Numbered from the stretch's first letter, positions 1-11,349 are shown. The stretch is 64,000 bases of DNA from Wohlfahrtiimonas larvae (GCA_040394195.1 JBEBSR010000001.1:25585-89584); one strand, 5' to 3'. Notes: generated from the sequence alone by a model not told the origin. Made by a program: numbers and translations.

Positions 1-271
1 CATAAGCAAAGTAAGCATTAATTCCCATTCCTGGTGCTAATGCGATTGGCAATTTTGCAACAGCACCCATTAAAACTGATGCGATGGCTGTGATTAAAAC
101 AGTTGTCACAAACACAGCTTGTGTATCCATACCTGCTGCGCCCAAAATTTTTGGGTTAACAAACGCGATATAAACCATTGTGATAAAGGTTGTGAAAGCA
201 GCAATTAATTCCTGCTTAATCGTTGTATTGTGGCGCTTTAGTTCGAAATATCGTTCTATAAAGGCTGACAC
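1..271 (-). CDS. NCS2/AzgA (COG2252) purine permease, 5' part (runs off the window)
   Basis: Manual translation from GTG at 271: VSAFIERYFELKRHNTTIKQELIAAFTTFITMVYIAFVNPKILGAAGMD...LPIALAPGMGINAYFAY, the typical AzgA/PurP N-terminus. AGGAG SD lies 6 nt upstream. Not in the ORF track. Confidence 0.9.
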   Translation of the reverse strand, partial: MSAFIERYFELKRHNTTIKQELIAAFTTFITMVYIAFVNPKILGAAGMDTQAVFVTTVLITAIASVLMGAVAKLPIALAPGMGINAYFAY

Positions 272-371
272 TTGTGACTCCTAGATAATTTAGATGAAGT
301 GCATCGATGAAGATGCTGATTTGAAAAGGTAACTTAAACATTTGCTTATATTTCTTTGGGTATGTCTTTAA

Positions 372-512
372 GTCACCTCCTTCACCTATTTAATCTAGCG
401 TCGCCTAGCGAATGTTAGAAAGGAAGGAGATACAGCTATGCTGATCCCGCTCTCGCGGTATCTTGGGGGGTATTAAAATGCGATAAAACATTTAAAAGTC
501 CTCTAGCTGTAT
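372..512 (-). ncRNA. Putative structured cis-regulatory leader RNA (unclassified)
   Basis: 8-bp helix 512-505/437-430 enclosing a CCGC-GAGA-GCGG GNRA hairpin; second helix CUCCUUC(429-423)/GAAGGAG(383-377). No family recognised. Confidence 0.45.
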
Positions 513-534
513 TCAACATGAAAATAAGTTTCGC

Positions 535-562
535 ATTGTAAGGATATTTTTTTGAATGTCAA
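535..562 (-). promoter_or_regulatory. sigma70 promoter driving the permease leader
   Basis: Minus strand TTGACA (562-557), 16-nt spacer, TACAAT (540-535). Confidence 0.7.
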
Positions 563-674
563 ATTTGAATAATCTAGTTAGTTGTTTTCTGAATTATTAA
601 ACTTATGCTGACAAACACTATAAATTCTAGCTATTTAGCGGTTAATGAGCGTATGATAAAACGATAATAAAAAG

Positions 675-1472
675 ATGGAGAATAATATGTCGACACACTA
701 TTTAAACCAAAACCAATCCTACTGGGATCAACAAGCAGCTCAGGATTCTCCATGGTCACAGCCAGTTTCTGATGAATTAGTGCTCAATGCTAAAAATGGT
801 AATTGGGATGTACATTTAATGCCATCAGCGATTTATAAAAATTGGCTTGGCGATATTCAAGGTAAGAAAATCTTGTGCCTAGCTTCTGCTGGTGGACAAC
901 AAGCACCAATTTTAGCAGCAGCTGGTGCAATTGTGACAGTATTGGATATTTCAGAAGGGCAACTGAAAAAAGATCAAGATATTGCTGATAAACATGAGCT
1001 TACACTCACAACTGTACAAGGCAACATGAATAATTTGAGCCAATTTGAAGATGGTAGTTTTGATTTAGTTTTTCACCCGATTTCTAATTTATATGTGCCA
1101 GATGTAAATCCTGTATGGAAAGAATGTTTCAGAGTTTTAAAAACTAACGGGAGATTATTGGCAAGTTTCTATAATCCCATTGTATTCGTGGATAATCATG
1201 ATGCTCTGCTTCGTCAAAAAGGATTGTTAAAGCCAACTTATAAAATTCCTTTCTCTGATATTCGTGATTTACCCAAAGATTTACTGCAACAGAAAATCGA
1301 TAAAGGTGAATCCTTAGTGTTTGGGCACTCTTTAACAGATTTAATTGGCGGACAAACTAAAGCAGGGTTTTTGATTAAAGATTTTATCGAAGAATTTGCA
1401 CCCCATGCGCGGTTCTTAATCGATGATTATCTACCAACCTTCATAGCAACTTATGCCATTAAGTTAGATTAA
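675..1472 (+). CDS. Class I SAM-dependent methyltransferase
   Basis: Motif I-like LCLASAGGQQA, VLDISEGQL, GNMNNL and FDLVF. True start may be ATG 687, behind GGAG. Confidence 0.85.
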   Translation: MENNMSTHYLNQNQSYWDQQAAQDSPWSQPVSDELVLNAKNGNWDVHLMPSAIYKNWLGDIQGKKILCLASAGGQQAPILAAAGAIVTVLDISEGQLKKDQDIADKHELTLTTVQGNMNNLSQFEDGSFDLVFHPISNLYVPDVNPVWKECFRVLKTNGRLLASFYNPIVFVDNHDALLRQKGLLKPTYKIPFSDIRDLPKDLLQQKIDKGESLVFGHSLTDLIGGQTKAGFLIKDFIEEFAPHARFLIDDYLPTFIATYAIKLD

Positions 1473-1475
1473 AAC

Positions 1476-1504
1476 AAAAGCCCAATGAAATTTCATTGGG
1501 CTTT
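1476..1504. terminator. Bidirectional intrinsic terminator
   Basis: Perfect inverted repeat AAAGCCCAATGAAA/TTTCATTGGGCTTT between convergent genes. Confidence 0.8.
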
Positions 1505-1522
1505 AACTTTTGCATCGACAGT

Positions 1523-2140
1523 TTAGTTACCTGCAATAAAACCTGCTGCAATGATTAACAAACTGCCTGAGAAACCTTCCACTAATCGACGGCGTTTATC
1601 ACTGGGTGCACTTTTACTACTTAAATTCGCTAAGCTTACACCAATGATCGTATAAACGATCGCACAACTCACAATAAATACAGCCGCCAATGACAATGCT
1701 TGCATGCCATAGTTACCAGATTTATCGATAAAATTCGGTAAAATTGCCAAATAAATCAATAAACCTTTTGGATTTAAGAAACTTGTTAAAAATCCTTTAC
1801 GATATAAATGCTTGTGAACTTTGGCATCTTTTTGTATTTCTAATAAGCCTTTTTTCATTGCTGAACGAATCATACAAAATGCCAAATACAGCAAATATGC
1901 AACGCCCACCCAACGAATCACATTAAATAATACAGGCGAAGCCGCAACCAATGCTGCAACACCCAACGCACTCAAAACTGCATGAACACAATAGCCAGTT
2001 AAAATCCCAGCATTTGCCTTCATCACTGCTTTTTTACCTGCTGTCAAACCCTGAGATGCAATGAATAACACATCAGGCCCTGGCGTACACACTAATGGAA
2101 AAACTGCCAAACCAAATAACAACAAATTATCAAAATACAT
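1523..2140 (-). CDS. LysE/RhtB family amino-acid exporter
   Basis: N-terminal TPGPD motif, LNPKG motif, hydrophobic helices. Confidence 0.9.
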   Translation of the reverse strand: MYFDNLLLFGLAVFPLVCTPGPDVLFIASQGLTAGKKAVMKANAGILTGYCVHAVLSALGVAALVAASPVLFNVIRWVGVAYLLYLAFCMIRSAMKKGLLEIQKDAKVHKHLYRKGFLTSFLNPKGLLIYLAILPNFIDKSGNYGMQALSLAAVFIVSCAIVYTIIGVSLANLSSKSAPSDKRRRLVEGFSGSLLIIAAGFIAGN

Positions 2141-2268
2141 GATCTACGATCCTCTCAAAAATCGGAGGCTATTGTAGTCCTTCACTCTTGAAATTTTTAC
2201 TTGTTGTTATCAATTACGAATGATAATTTAGCTATTAATTTCATTATCTTTAATATTGTTAAAATAAA

Positions 2269-2733
2269 ATGCCAATAAAATTAGATAGCATAGATCGTCA
2301 TATTTTGCGCATATTGCAAAAAGATGCCAGTATTCAAAACGCTGAACTTGCCCAAATCGTAGGATTATCACCTTCACCTTGCTTGCGCAGAGTTAAACTC
2401 TTGCAAGAAGCAGGCGTGATCAAGCGCTATATTGCAATCGTGGATGGTGCAAAAGTGGATGCAGGCTTAACGCTTTTCTCCCGTATTTGGTTCAAAGCGC
2501 AAGATGCCAAAACGATTGATAGCTTCATTGAAGCCATTCAAGATATGCCAGAAATCATTGAATGCCATTTGATGGCGGGCGAATGTGATGCGTGGCTTCG
2601 CATTGTCACCAAAGATTTAGACAGCTATCGCCAATTTCACGCTCATAAGCTCACGACTATTAAAGCCATTCAAAGTGTTAAAACAGATGTGCCGATGGAT
2701 ACAGTGAAACTCACATATAGCTTGCCGATTTAA
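2269..2733 (+). CDS. Lrp/AsnC family regulator, divergent from the LysE exporter
   Basis: LDSIDRHILRILQKDASIQNAELAQIVGLSPSPCLRRVK HTH; AsnC C-terminal domain. Confidence 0.92.
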   Translation: MPIKLDSIDRHILRILQKDASIQNAELAQIVGLSPSPCLRRVKLLQEAGVIKRYIAIVDGAKVDAGLTLFSRIWFKAQDAKTIDSFIEAIQDMPEIIECHLMAGECDAWLRIVTKDLDSYRQFHAHKLTTIKAIQSVKTDVPMDTVKLTYSLPI

Positions 2734-2759
2734 ATTATTATTTTTTTCATCCGTGCAAT

Positions 2760-2793
2760 AAAAAAGCCTTTAGAGAAATTCTAAAGGCTTTTT
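2760..2793. terminator. Bidirectional intrinsic terminator
   Basis: AAAAAGCCTTTAGA-GAAAT-TCTAAAGGCTTTTT. Confidence 0.8.
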
Positions 2794-2814
2794 AAATAAT
2801 ATGTTTTTAAGTGA

Positions 2815-3938
<1,124 letters not shown>

Positions 3939-3955
3939 AAAACAACTAAAATTTA

Positions 3956-4219
3956 TTAAGCAACGATTGGTTGGATGCTTACAAATTTACGGTTTTTTTG
4001 ACCTTTTACTTCGAATACAACGTGACCATCAGCTTTAGCGAATAAAGTATGATCTTTACCCAAACCTACGTTATCACCAGCGTGAAAACGAGTACCACGT
4101 TGACGAACGATGATAGAACCAGCTGGAACTAATTCACCGCCAAAACGCTTAACACCTAAGCGTTTACTTTCGGAATCGCGACCATTACGGCTCGAGCCGA
4201 CGCCTTTCTTCTGTGCCAT
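3956..4219 (-). CDS. rpmA: 50S ribosomal protein L27
   Basis: [28 protein letters not shown]...IIVRQRGT. Confidence 0.99.
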   Translation of the reverse strand: MAQKKGVGSSRNGRDSESKRLGVKRFGGELVPAGSIIVRQRGTRFHAGDNVGLGKDHTLFAKADGHVVFEVKGQKNRKFVSIQPIVA

Positions 4220-4254
4220 GTTTAAATCCTCTTATACGGCTAGGAATCTCGCAA

Positions 4255-4569
4255 TTATGCAGAGATGCTAGAAATTTTAACTTCAGTAAAGTGTTGACGA
4301 TGTCCTGCGTGCTTACGAGAGTGCTTGCGACGGCGGAACTTGATGATTTCGATCTTACGTCCACGACCTTGCTTCAATACTTCTGCAACTACTTTAGCAT
4401 TTGCAACAAGTGGTGTACCAACAGTTGTAGAACCATCTTTACCTACCAACAATACTTCTGCAAATTCTACATTAGAACCTTCAGCAGCGCCTTCTAATTT
4501 TTCGATGCGAAGGATTTGACCTTCAGCTACACGGTATTGTTTACCGCCTGTTTTGATTACAGCATACAT
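4255..4569 (-). CDS. rplU: 50S ribosomal protein L21
   Basis: [14 protein letters not shown]...[19 protein letters not shown]. Confidence 0.99.
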   Translation of the reverse strand: MYAVIKTGGKQYRVAEGQILRIEKLEGAAEGSNVEFAEVLLVGKDGSTTVGTPLVANAKVVAEVLKQGRGRKIEIIKFRRRKHSRKHAGHRQHFTEVKISSISA

Positions 4570-4661
4570 GTGTAATGCTCCAAATAGTTAAGTGAATCTG
4601 AATTCTTTTGCTATCACGTTGAACAAGCCAACAAGAAATAACAGTCCATAAAAAGGACGTG

Positions 4662-4690
4662 ATTGTATAAAAAAAAATGGTTTGCGTCAA
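4662..4690 (-). promoter_or_regulatory. sigma70 promoter of rplU-rpmA
   Basis: TTGACG (4690-4685), 17-nt spacer, TACAAT (4667-4662). Confidence 0.7.
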
Positions 4691-4798
4691 GATTAAGCAC
4701 CTTATTCTTGACATCTTTTTTTCCATATTAATATGTTAATCTTGTCGATTATAGCAAATAATCTTGCGTTTTTTAAGAAAAAATTTACTTTAAGCTTT

Positions 4799-5740
4799 TT
4801 ATTGTGAAGATTTTCTATCTTCCATTTTTGCAAAGATGTTAGCCAAAACTGCTCCGCTGATATTATGCCACACACTGAAAATTGCGCTTGGAACAGCCAC
4901 AATTGGGTCAAAATGCTTATTAGCCAACGCAGCGCCCAATCCGCTATTTTGCATACCCACTTCGATTGCGATTGCCTTACGTTGAGCTAATCCCAAGCCC
5001 ATAATTCTTGCTATCACATAGCCAATTAAATAACCCAATGTGTTATGCAACATAACAATTGCAATGATGATCAAACCAGTTTCCTGTAAACGAGCCTGAT
5101 TCAATGCCACAACGATTGCTACGATCATTACAATGCCAAATACAGATACAATTGGCAGCACAGGCATTACATATTTAACATTCGAACGTAAAGCCATACG
5201 CACAGCCAAACCCAATACAATAGGCACAATCACAAATTGAACAATTGACATCATCATTGCATAGAAAGAAACATTAATGCTTTCTGATGCTAATAATTTT
5301 AATAATAATGGTGTCATTAATGGTGCCAATAACGTTGTAATGCTTGTAATTGTTACGCTTAATGCTACATCTCCACGAGATAAATAAGTAATCACATTAC
5401 TGGATGTACCACCTGGACAAGAACCGACTAAAACAACGCCTAAAGCTAATAATGGATCGATATTAAAAATCTTAACCAAAGCAACAGCCAACAAAGGCAT
5501 AATCACAAACTGAGCAGCAATGCCCAATAGAACTTGCCAAGGTTTTTTAGCCACTTGAGAGAAATCTTCTAAAGTCAGCGTTAAACCCATTCCAAACATG
5601 ATAATGCCAAGGAAATAAGTGATGAGCCAACCTAACGAATTAAATAATGAAGGGATAAAAAAGCCCAACAACGCAAATAATAATGTCCAAAGCGCAAAAG
5701 TTTTGCCGATGAATTCTGAAAATAAATTTAACAAACGCAT
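4799..5740 (-). CDS. Bile acid:sodium symporter (BASS; PanS-like) family transporter
   Basis: IMFGMGLTL, QFVIMPLLA, SCPGGTSSN and IEVGMQNSGL motifs. Start placed at MRLLNLF. Confidence 0.9.
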   Translation of the reverse strand: MRLLNLFSEFIGKTFALWTLLFALLGFFIPSLFNSLGWLITYFLGIIMFGMGLTLTLEDFSQVAKKPWQVLLGIAAQFVIMPLLAVALVKIFNIDPLLALGVVLVGSCPGGTSSNVITYLSRGDVALSVTITSITTLLAPLMTPLLLKLLASESINVSFYAMMMSIVQFVIVPIVLGLAVRMALRSNVKYVMPVLPIVSVFGIVMIVAIVVALNQARLQETGLIIIAIVMLHNTLGYLIGYVIARIMGLGLAQRKAIAIEVGMQNSGLGAALANKHFDPIVAVPSAIFSVWHNISGAVLANIFAKMEDRKSSQ

Positions 5741-5957
5741 AAAACAGCCTTCAATCAATATCGAATAAATAAATTAATAGTTTTTTTGTACAAACTTTGG
5801 ATAGTGTGCTGATTGATGCGATTTTGTCGCTGATGTTGCACTCATTCGAGTATACATCGCCTATAAACACTGTAAAGTACAATTTTCAAGAAATAGTTTA
5901 CAAAATCTTTATAATGCTCCATTCGTTTAAATAATTTTTAAATCAGGTACTGATAAT

Positions 5958-6698
5958 ATGAATAATGATAAAGAATACGATGTAGTAATAATTAAAGATG
6001 AACATAATTCATCACAGAACTATTCCAATAATAATGATAAATACAGATCATTGAATGAAGCCATTAATTATGATTACGACTTCTCTATTTCTGACTTGAT
6101 TTCAGAAGCTTGGGGAATGGTGAACGGTAATAAATTGCCAATTTTCATCGCGATTGTTTTGGCTGGTATTTTAGGCACAATCGTTTCCTATATTGGCCAA
6201 ATTATTTCTGCCCTAGTGATTGCCATTCCAGTATTAAGCTTTGTTGTGAATATCGTTTTTGGTGCTGCAAGTTCGATTTTTGCCATTGGTGTGATCATCG
6301 TTGTTTTAAAATTAGCTAATCGTGAAAAAGTCGATGCGGCAAGTGATTTCTGCCAATTCACAAAATACTGGGTACCAATTTTAATTTTATCCATCGTAAT
6401 GTCGATCATCGTTGCAATTGGTTTTGCATTATTAATTATTCCTGGCATTTACTTAGCTGTTGCATATTCATTGGCTTATTGGATTTTAGTGATTCATCCA
6501 AACGCTTCATTTTGGGATATTTTAGAAGCATCACGCAAAATTGTAACCCGCCGCTGGTTTAAATTCTTCATCTTAAGCTTAGTATTGGGAGTGATTTTAT
6601 TCATCTCTGCAATTCCTTTAGGCATTGGCTTAATTTGGACATTGCCATTATGTAACTTTGCTTACGCTTTAATCTTTAAGAAGATTTTTGAAAAATAA
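5958..6698 (+). CDS. Multi-pass membrane protein of unknown function
   Basis: About 5 hydrophobic segments, LLIIPGIY motif; family (DUF975-like) uncertain. Confidence 0.7.
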   Translation: MNNDKEYDVVIIKDEHNSSQNYSNNNDKYRSLNEAINYDYDFSISDLISEAWGMVNGNKLPIFIAIVLAGILGTIVSYIGQIISALVIAIPVLSFVVNIVFGAASSIFAIGVIIVVLKLANREKVDAASDFCQFTKYWVPILILSIVMSIIVAIGFALLIIPGIYLAVAYSLAYWILVIHPNASFWDILEASRKIVTRRWFKFFILSLVLGVILFISAIPLGIGLIWTLPLCNFAYALIFKKIFEK

Positions 6699-6757
6699 TT
6701 TTAAACATTAATATTGCTTTCATTGATATCAGCTCTGTAAGCCAATTTTAATAATTA

Positions 6758-6790
6758 AAAAAGCCGATTTCATAATGAAATCGGCTTTTT
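6758..6790. terminator. Bidirectional intrinsic terminator downstream of glyQ
   Basis: AAAAAGCCGATTTCAT-A-ATGAAATCGGCTTTTT. Confidence 0.85.
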
Positions 6791-6812
6791 GTTGATTCAT
6801 AAGAATATTAAA

Positions 6813-7709
6813 CTATTTCTCTTTCAACATTGGGAAACCTAATGCTTCACGGCTTGCATAGTAAGCTTCAGCCACAGATTTAGCCAATTCACGTACACGT
6901 AAGATATATGATTGACGTTCTGTCACAGAGATCGCTTTACGCGCATCCAACAAGTTAAATGTATGAGAAGCTTTCAATACCATTTCATACGCTGGCAATG
7001 CTAATTTTGCTTCGATTAAACGCTTCGCTTCTTTCTCGAAGAAGTTGAATTGTTGTAATAAGAAATCTACATCAGCATGTTCAAAGTTGAATGTTGATTG
7101 TTCAACTTCATTTTGATGGAAAACATCGCCATAAGTTACAGTACCGAATGGCGTTTCTGACCAAACTAGATCATAAACGCTTTCAACGTTCTGTAAGTAC
7201 ATTGCTAAACGCTCTAAACCATAAGTGATTTCGCCCATCACTGGTTTGCATTCTAAGCCACCCACTTGTTGGAAATATGTGAACTGCGTTACTTCCATGC
7301 CGTTCAACCAAACTTCCCAACCTAAGCCCCAAGCACCCAATGTTGGTGATTCCCAGTTATCTTCCACAAAGCGAACATCGTGCACTTTTGTGTTGATGCC
7401 CAATACATTCAAGGATTCCAAATATAATTCTTGGAAGTTCTCTGGCGATGGCTTAACCACAACTTGGAATTGATAGTAATGTTGCAAACGGTTAGGGTTT
7501 TCACCATAGCGGCCATCTGTTGGACGGCGTGATGGCTGAACATAAGCAGAAGCCCAAGGCTCTGGCCCTAATGAACGCAAGAAAGTCGCTGAATGGAATG
7601 TACCAGCACCCACTTCCATATCGTATGGTTGTAACAACACACATCCTTGCTCTGCCCAGAATGTTTGCAGTTTTAGGATCATTTCCTGAAATGTTAATAC
7701 TTTTGACAT
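6813..7709 (-). CDS. glyQ: Glycine--tRNA ligase alpha subunit
   Basis: [56 protein letters not shown]. Confidence 0.99.
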   Translation of the reverse strand: MSKVLTFQEMILKLQTFWAEQGCVLLQPYDMEVGAGTFHSATFLRSLGPEPWASAYVQPSRRPTDGRYGENPNRLQHYYQFQVVVKPSPENFQELYLESLNVLGINTKVHDVRFVEDNWESPTLGAWGLGWEVWLNGMEVTQFTYFQQVGGLECKPVMGEITYGLERLAMYLQNVESVYDLVWSETPFGTVTYGDVFHQNEVEQSTFNFEHADVDFLLQQFNFFEKEAKRLIEAKLALPAYEMVLKASHTFNLLDARKAISVTERQSYILRVRELAKSVAEAYYASREALGFPMLKEK

Positions 7710-7761
7710 AATTTCGTTTTACCTTAAAAAATTGGCGATATTATAGCGAGTTCACAGTTAT

Positions 7762-10050
7762 TTAATCACTTTTTTTAAATAATGATAACTGTGCATCACG
7801 AATATCATCTTTAAAACTCTTCTCAAATTCATCATCGTCATATGGCTTAATTGCCATTGCACTTTTCTCTCTGAAACGTAATTCACTTTGTGGCACTGGG
7901 ATTTCAATATTATTAGAACGAAGCGCAGTATCAATCGCCCACATATAAGCAGCATGCACAGCATTTGGTCGTTTAACTGCGCGCGCAGTCAACCAAACAA
8001 CCAATTCAAATTCATAATAATAATCACCAAAGCGATTGAGCCAAACTGCTGGATTACGCCCTGGAATCCCTTTCAATGTATGCGGTACTTCTTCTGCGGC
8101 TTTCAAAACAGCTTCGCGGACTAAATCTTTATCCACGCCATAAGCCACTTTAAATGGATAACGAATACGGCGATGCGGTTCTGTTAATGTCCAGTTCAGC
8201 ATCTTTGTATTAATGAGTTCTGAGTTTGGAATTACGATTTCAATATTGTCATTATCCGCAATGATCGTAGCACGAACGTTGATCGCACGGACTTCACCAC
8301 GCAAATTACGATCTTGCAATTCAATGAAATCACCCACTTTCAAAGAGCGTTCAAAAAGAATGATCAAGCCCGATACAAAGTTACTCAAGATGGATTGCAA
8401 GCCAAAACCCAAACCGATTGCCAGCGCACCCGCCACCAAAGCGAAGTTAGTGAAATCAATCCCGATGATGGTCAATCCACCTAAGAAACCAATAGAAATG
8501 ACTGAATAGTAAGTTAATCGCCCTGTTAAGTAATACGCAGGTAGTTTCTCGCCACCATTACGATTACCTACGCGAACGAGCAATTTATTCATCCAAAACG
8601 CAGCCCACCAAGCAACAAATAACACTAATACGAAACGTACTAAACCACTTGCTGTTACAGGTGTATCGCCCACTTTAAATAAAGCTGTAGATGTTGAATT
8701 TTTTACAAAACGCCAAGAATCGCTTAAAAATAAGCGCACTTTATAATATGTATTTCGCCAACCACCACTTAATGCCAGAATCTTTTCTTTGGAAAGATTA
8801 GAGATATATCCACTATCATCCAGCAATACATTTAAGCGTTGTAAATTAATGGCTGTATCTTGAATTAAATTAGAACGATCTTGAATAATATTACGTAGAA
8901 AAAGTGATTGATCACCTTCTGTTGGTGTTTCTGCCAATAATTCTGTTGAACGAATTCGTTCAATTTCATTTTGCTCTGTACGGCCTGCTGCTTTGACATT
9001 AAGCTCTTCCAGCTCAACATCATAACGACGTACATTTTTTAAAGCTGTTTCATAATCTGAATCCGGATCATGCAATAACTGCAACAAATTCAACTGCATC
9101 TTATAAAAGATAATTTGCGCTTGCGCTGCTGCTAAATGCACTTGAGTATTTAGCACACGAAGTTCACGATAACGGCCAACAGCGGCATCTTCTTTAGTAC
9201 CTGTTGAATCTAATGAAGCCAAATATTGCTGTTCACGGGAAAGTTTAGTTGTCACTTCTTGAACGCGTTGCTCTGATTGATTCACGGCTTCTTTAAGCTG
9301 AGCAATCTCTTCATCAGATGTGGAAATAGCATTAACAGCAACACCAATCACCACTTTGATATCATCCAAACGCTGATTAATATTATTCAGCTCGCGCTTC
9401 ATCGTTTTGTTACGTTCGTCAATCAAGACAGCTTCAGTCTGTATTAAAACGATATTTAAACCTTCGCCAAAACGATTATTATCAGTGCCCGTCATATCTA
9501 AATAACGTGCCAAATTATTATTTAATTGGCGATCCAATATTTTCAGCTGTTTTTCATATTCACTGATTTCTAAACGAATACGCTGTGCATTGCCTTTTAA
9601 CTCTCTTTCTTGATGCGTTAAGTCAATCAATTGCTTAATTGTATATTTCTCAGCAATGACTAATTTCGCTGTGCTCACTTCTGGCTGCTTCTTGCTCACC
9701 AAAGTTTCATAAGCCACCAAGTTTGCAGAAATTTGACTCAAAACTGGTTGGTATTTTTTCTGTTCATCCAATGGCAAATGGCTGATTTGTTCATTCACTC
9801 GCCCGATGAATCCTGCAATTCCTTGCTTTAATTCATCACCAGATTTTGTTGAAAAGTAACTCCACCATGTGGTTACTAATTTTAAAGGATCAGGTAAATC
9901 GTGAACTTTCTTATCGTTATTTTTAGTTCCCAATCCTTCAGATAAAATTGTATTCAGTGGTAATGCTTGGCTGAACGCAACATTTGTTGTTAACTGAAAT
10001 GCCAACAAATTAAACGTCAATATTGCCAAAGCTATAATTCTTTTTTTCAC
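7762..10050 (-). CDS. Large MscS/MscK-like mechanosensitive channel
   Basis: Signal peptide, long helical periplasmic region, C-terminal GLGFGLQSILSNFVSGLIILFERSLKVGDFI MscS core. Confidence 0.88.
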   Translation of the reverse strand: MKKRIIALAILTFNLLAFQLTTNVAFSQALPLNTILSEGLGTKNNDKKVHDLPDPLKLVTTWWSYFSTKSGDELKQGIAGFIGRVNEQISHLPLDEQKKYQPVLSQISANLVAYETLVSKKQPEVSTAKLVIAEKYTIKQLIDLTHQERELKGNAQRIRLEISEYEKQLKILDRQLNNNLARYLDMTGTDNNRFGEGLNIVLIQTEAVLIDERNKTMKRELNNINQRLDDIKVVIGVAVNAISTSDEEIAQLKEAVNQSEQRVQEVTTKLSREQQYLASLDSTGTKEDAAVGRYRELRVLNTQVHLAAAQAQIIFYKMQLNLLQLLHDPDSDYETALKNVRRYDVELEELNVKAAGRTEQNEIERIRSTELLAETPTEGDQSLFLRNIIQDRSNLIQDTAINLQRLNVLLDDSGYISNLSKEKILALSGGWRNTYYKVRLFLSDSWRFVKNSTSTALFKVGDTPVTASGLVRFVLVLFVAWWAAFWMNKLLVRVGNRNGGEKLPAYYLTGRLTYYSVISIGFLGGLTIIGIDFTNFALVAGALAIGLGFGLQSILSNFVSGLIILFERSLKVGDFIELQDRNLRGEVRAINVRATIIADNDNIEIVIPNSELINTKMLNWTLTEPHRRIRYPFKVAYGVDKDLVREAVLKAAEEVPHTLKGIPGRNPAVWLNRFGDYYYEFELVVWLTARAVKRPNAVHAAYMWAIDTALRSNNIEIPVPQSELRFREKSAMAIKPYDDDEFEKSFKDDIRDAQLSLFKKSD

Positions 10051-10210
10051 CTAACCACCTTAAGTCCCAAAATTTAATCTTACTTGATTATTATTGCATT
10101 AGTTGCTTTTTATGACCTAAAAAGACAAAGAGCTAGTATTATATACTTCATTTGAGTAAAATTGCAGAGTTTAACTCAGTCATTTAAGATTAAAAACACC
10201 GAGGATTATT

Positions 10211-10462
10211 GTGGCAAAAAGCAAAAATACGGATGAAACAATTGAAGGCAAATTGCATTCAATTGATACAATCATAGAGCAGCTAGAATCTGGCGAGCTA
10301 ACGCTTGAGCAATCATTAAAGTTATTCACTGATGGTACTCAACTCATTCATAATTGCCGTAATATTTTGGATCACACTGCCAAAAAAATTGAAGAAGTTT
10401 CGCAGTCAAAAGTTGCTGAATCACATTCAGATAGCTTTGATGACGATGACATTCCTTTTTAA
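10211..10462 (+). CDS. xseB: Exodeoxyribonuclease VII small subunit
   Basis: IIEQLESGELTLEQSLKLFTDGTQLI; conserved xseB-ispA-dxs order. Confidence 0.92.
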   Translation: MAKSKNTDETIEGKLHSIDTIIEQLESGELTLEQSLKLFTDGTQLIHNCRNILDHTAKKIEEVSQSKVAESHSDSFDDDDIPF

Positions 10463-10483
10463 GCCTCTGTTTAGGTATCAATT

Positions 10484-11347
10484 ATGTTTCAATTTAGAGA
10501 AGAATTTGAGTGCTACTTAGCCAAATATTTAGATAAACTTTCCACAGTTCCTTTATTAAAGGAAGCAATGGAATACAGTGCTTTGGATGGTGGCAAACGC
10601 ATTCGTCCATTACTTGCCTTTGCTGGCGGCCAACTAAGTGGTGCAAGCAATCAAGCACTATTACCTATAGCAGCTGCCATCGAAATGATCCATTGCTATT
10701 CATTAGTCCATGATGATCTCCCTGCTATGGATGATGATGATTTTCGCCGCGGCAAACCTAGCAACCATAAAGCCTATGATGAAGCCACTGCCATTTTAGT
10801 CGGCGATGCACTATTAACAGAAGCATTTGCTTTATTAGCTCATGATGAAAACTTCACAGCAGAAACTAAAGTTGAGCTATTGAAAATGCTTAGCACAGCC
10901 TCGGGCGCACTAGGCATGATCAAAGGTCAATTCCTAGATATGCAAGCAGAGCAAAAACCTGTGACGTTGGAAGAACTACAAGAAATACACAACAACAAAA
11001 CAGGTGCCTTAATTAAAGCAAGCATATTGATGGGCTATATTGCAGGTCAAAACCAATCAACAGAATCTTTGCAATCTTTGTCTTCTTTCTCACAAAAAGT
11101 TGGGCTTATGTTCCAAATTCAAGATGATATTTTAGATGCCACCAGTTCATCTGAAGTATTAGGCAAAAGTGCAGGCAAAGATGCTGAACAAGAAAAAGCC
11201 ACCTATGTTAATTTGCTAGGCATTGAAACTGCACAAGATTACATGCAAAAACTCAATACCGAAGCTTTAGCACTATTAACACCGTTTCAAACTAATGCAG
11301 ATCCTTTAAAAGCCTTAACGCTTTATGTGATCGAAAGGCAGAATTAA
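10484..11347 (+). CDS. ispA: Farnesyl diphosphate synthase
   Basis: GGKRIRP, HDDLPAMDDDDFRRG, KTGAL, FQIQDDILD. Confidence 0.95.
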   Translation: MFQFREEFECYLAKYLDKLSTVPLLKEAMEYSALDGGKRIRPLLAFAGGQLSGASNQALLPIAAAIEMIHCYSLVHDDLPAMDDDDFRRGKPSNHKAYDEATAILVGDALLTEAFALLAHDENFTAETKVELLKMLSTASGALGMIKGQFLDMQAEQKPVTLEELQEIHNNKTGALIKASILMGYIAGQNQSTESLQSLSSFSQKVGLMFQIQDDILDATSSSEVLGKSAGKDAEQEKATYVNLLGIETAQDYMQKLNTEALALLTPFQTNADPLKALTLYVIERQN

Positions 11348-11349
11348 CA

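Noticed and set aside
373-382. TCACCTCCTT, identical to the 16S rRNA 3' anti-SD end
   Set aside because: The flanks have no 16S sequence (no GGATC context or terminal helix); interpreted as part of the leader instead.
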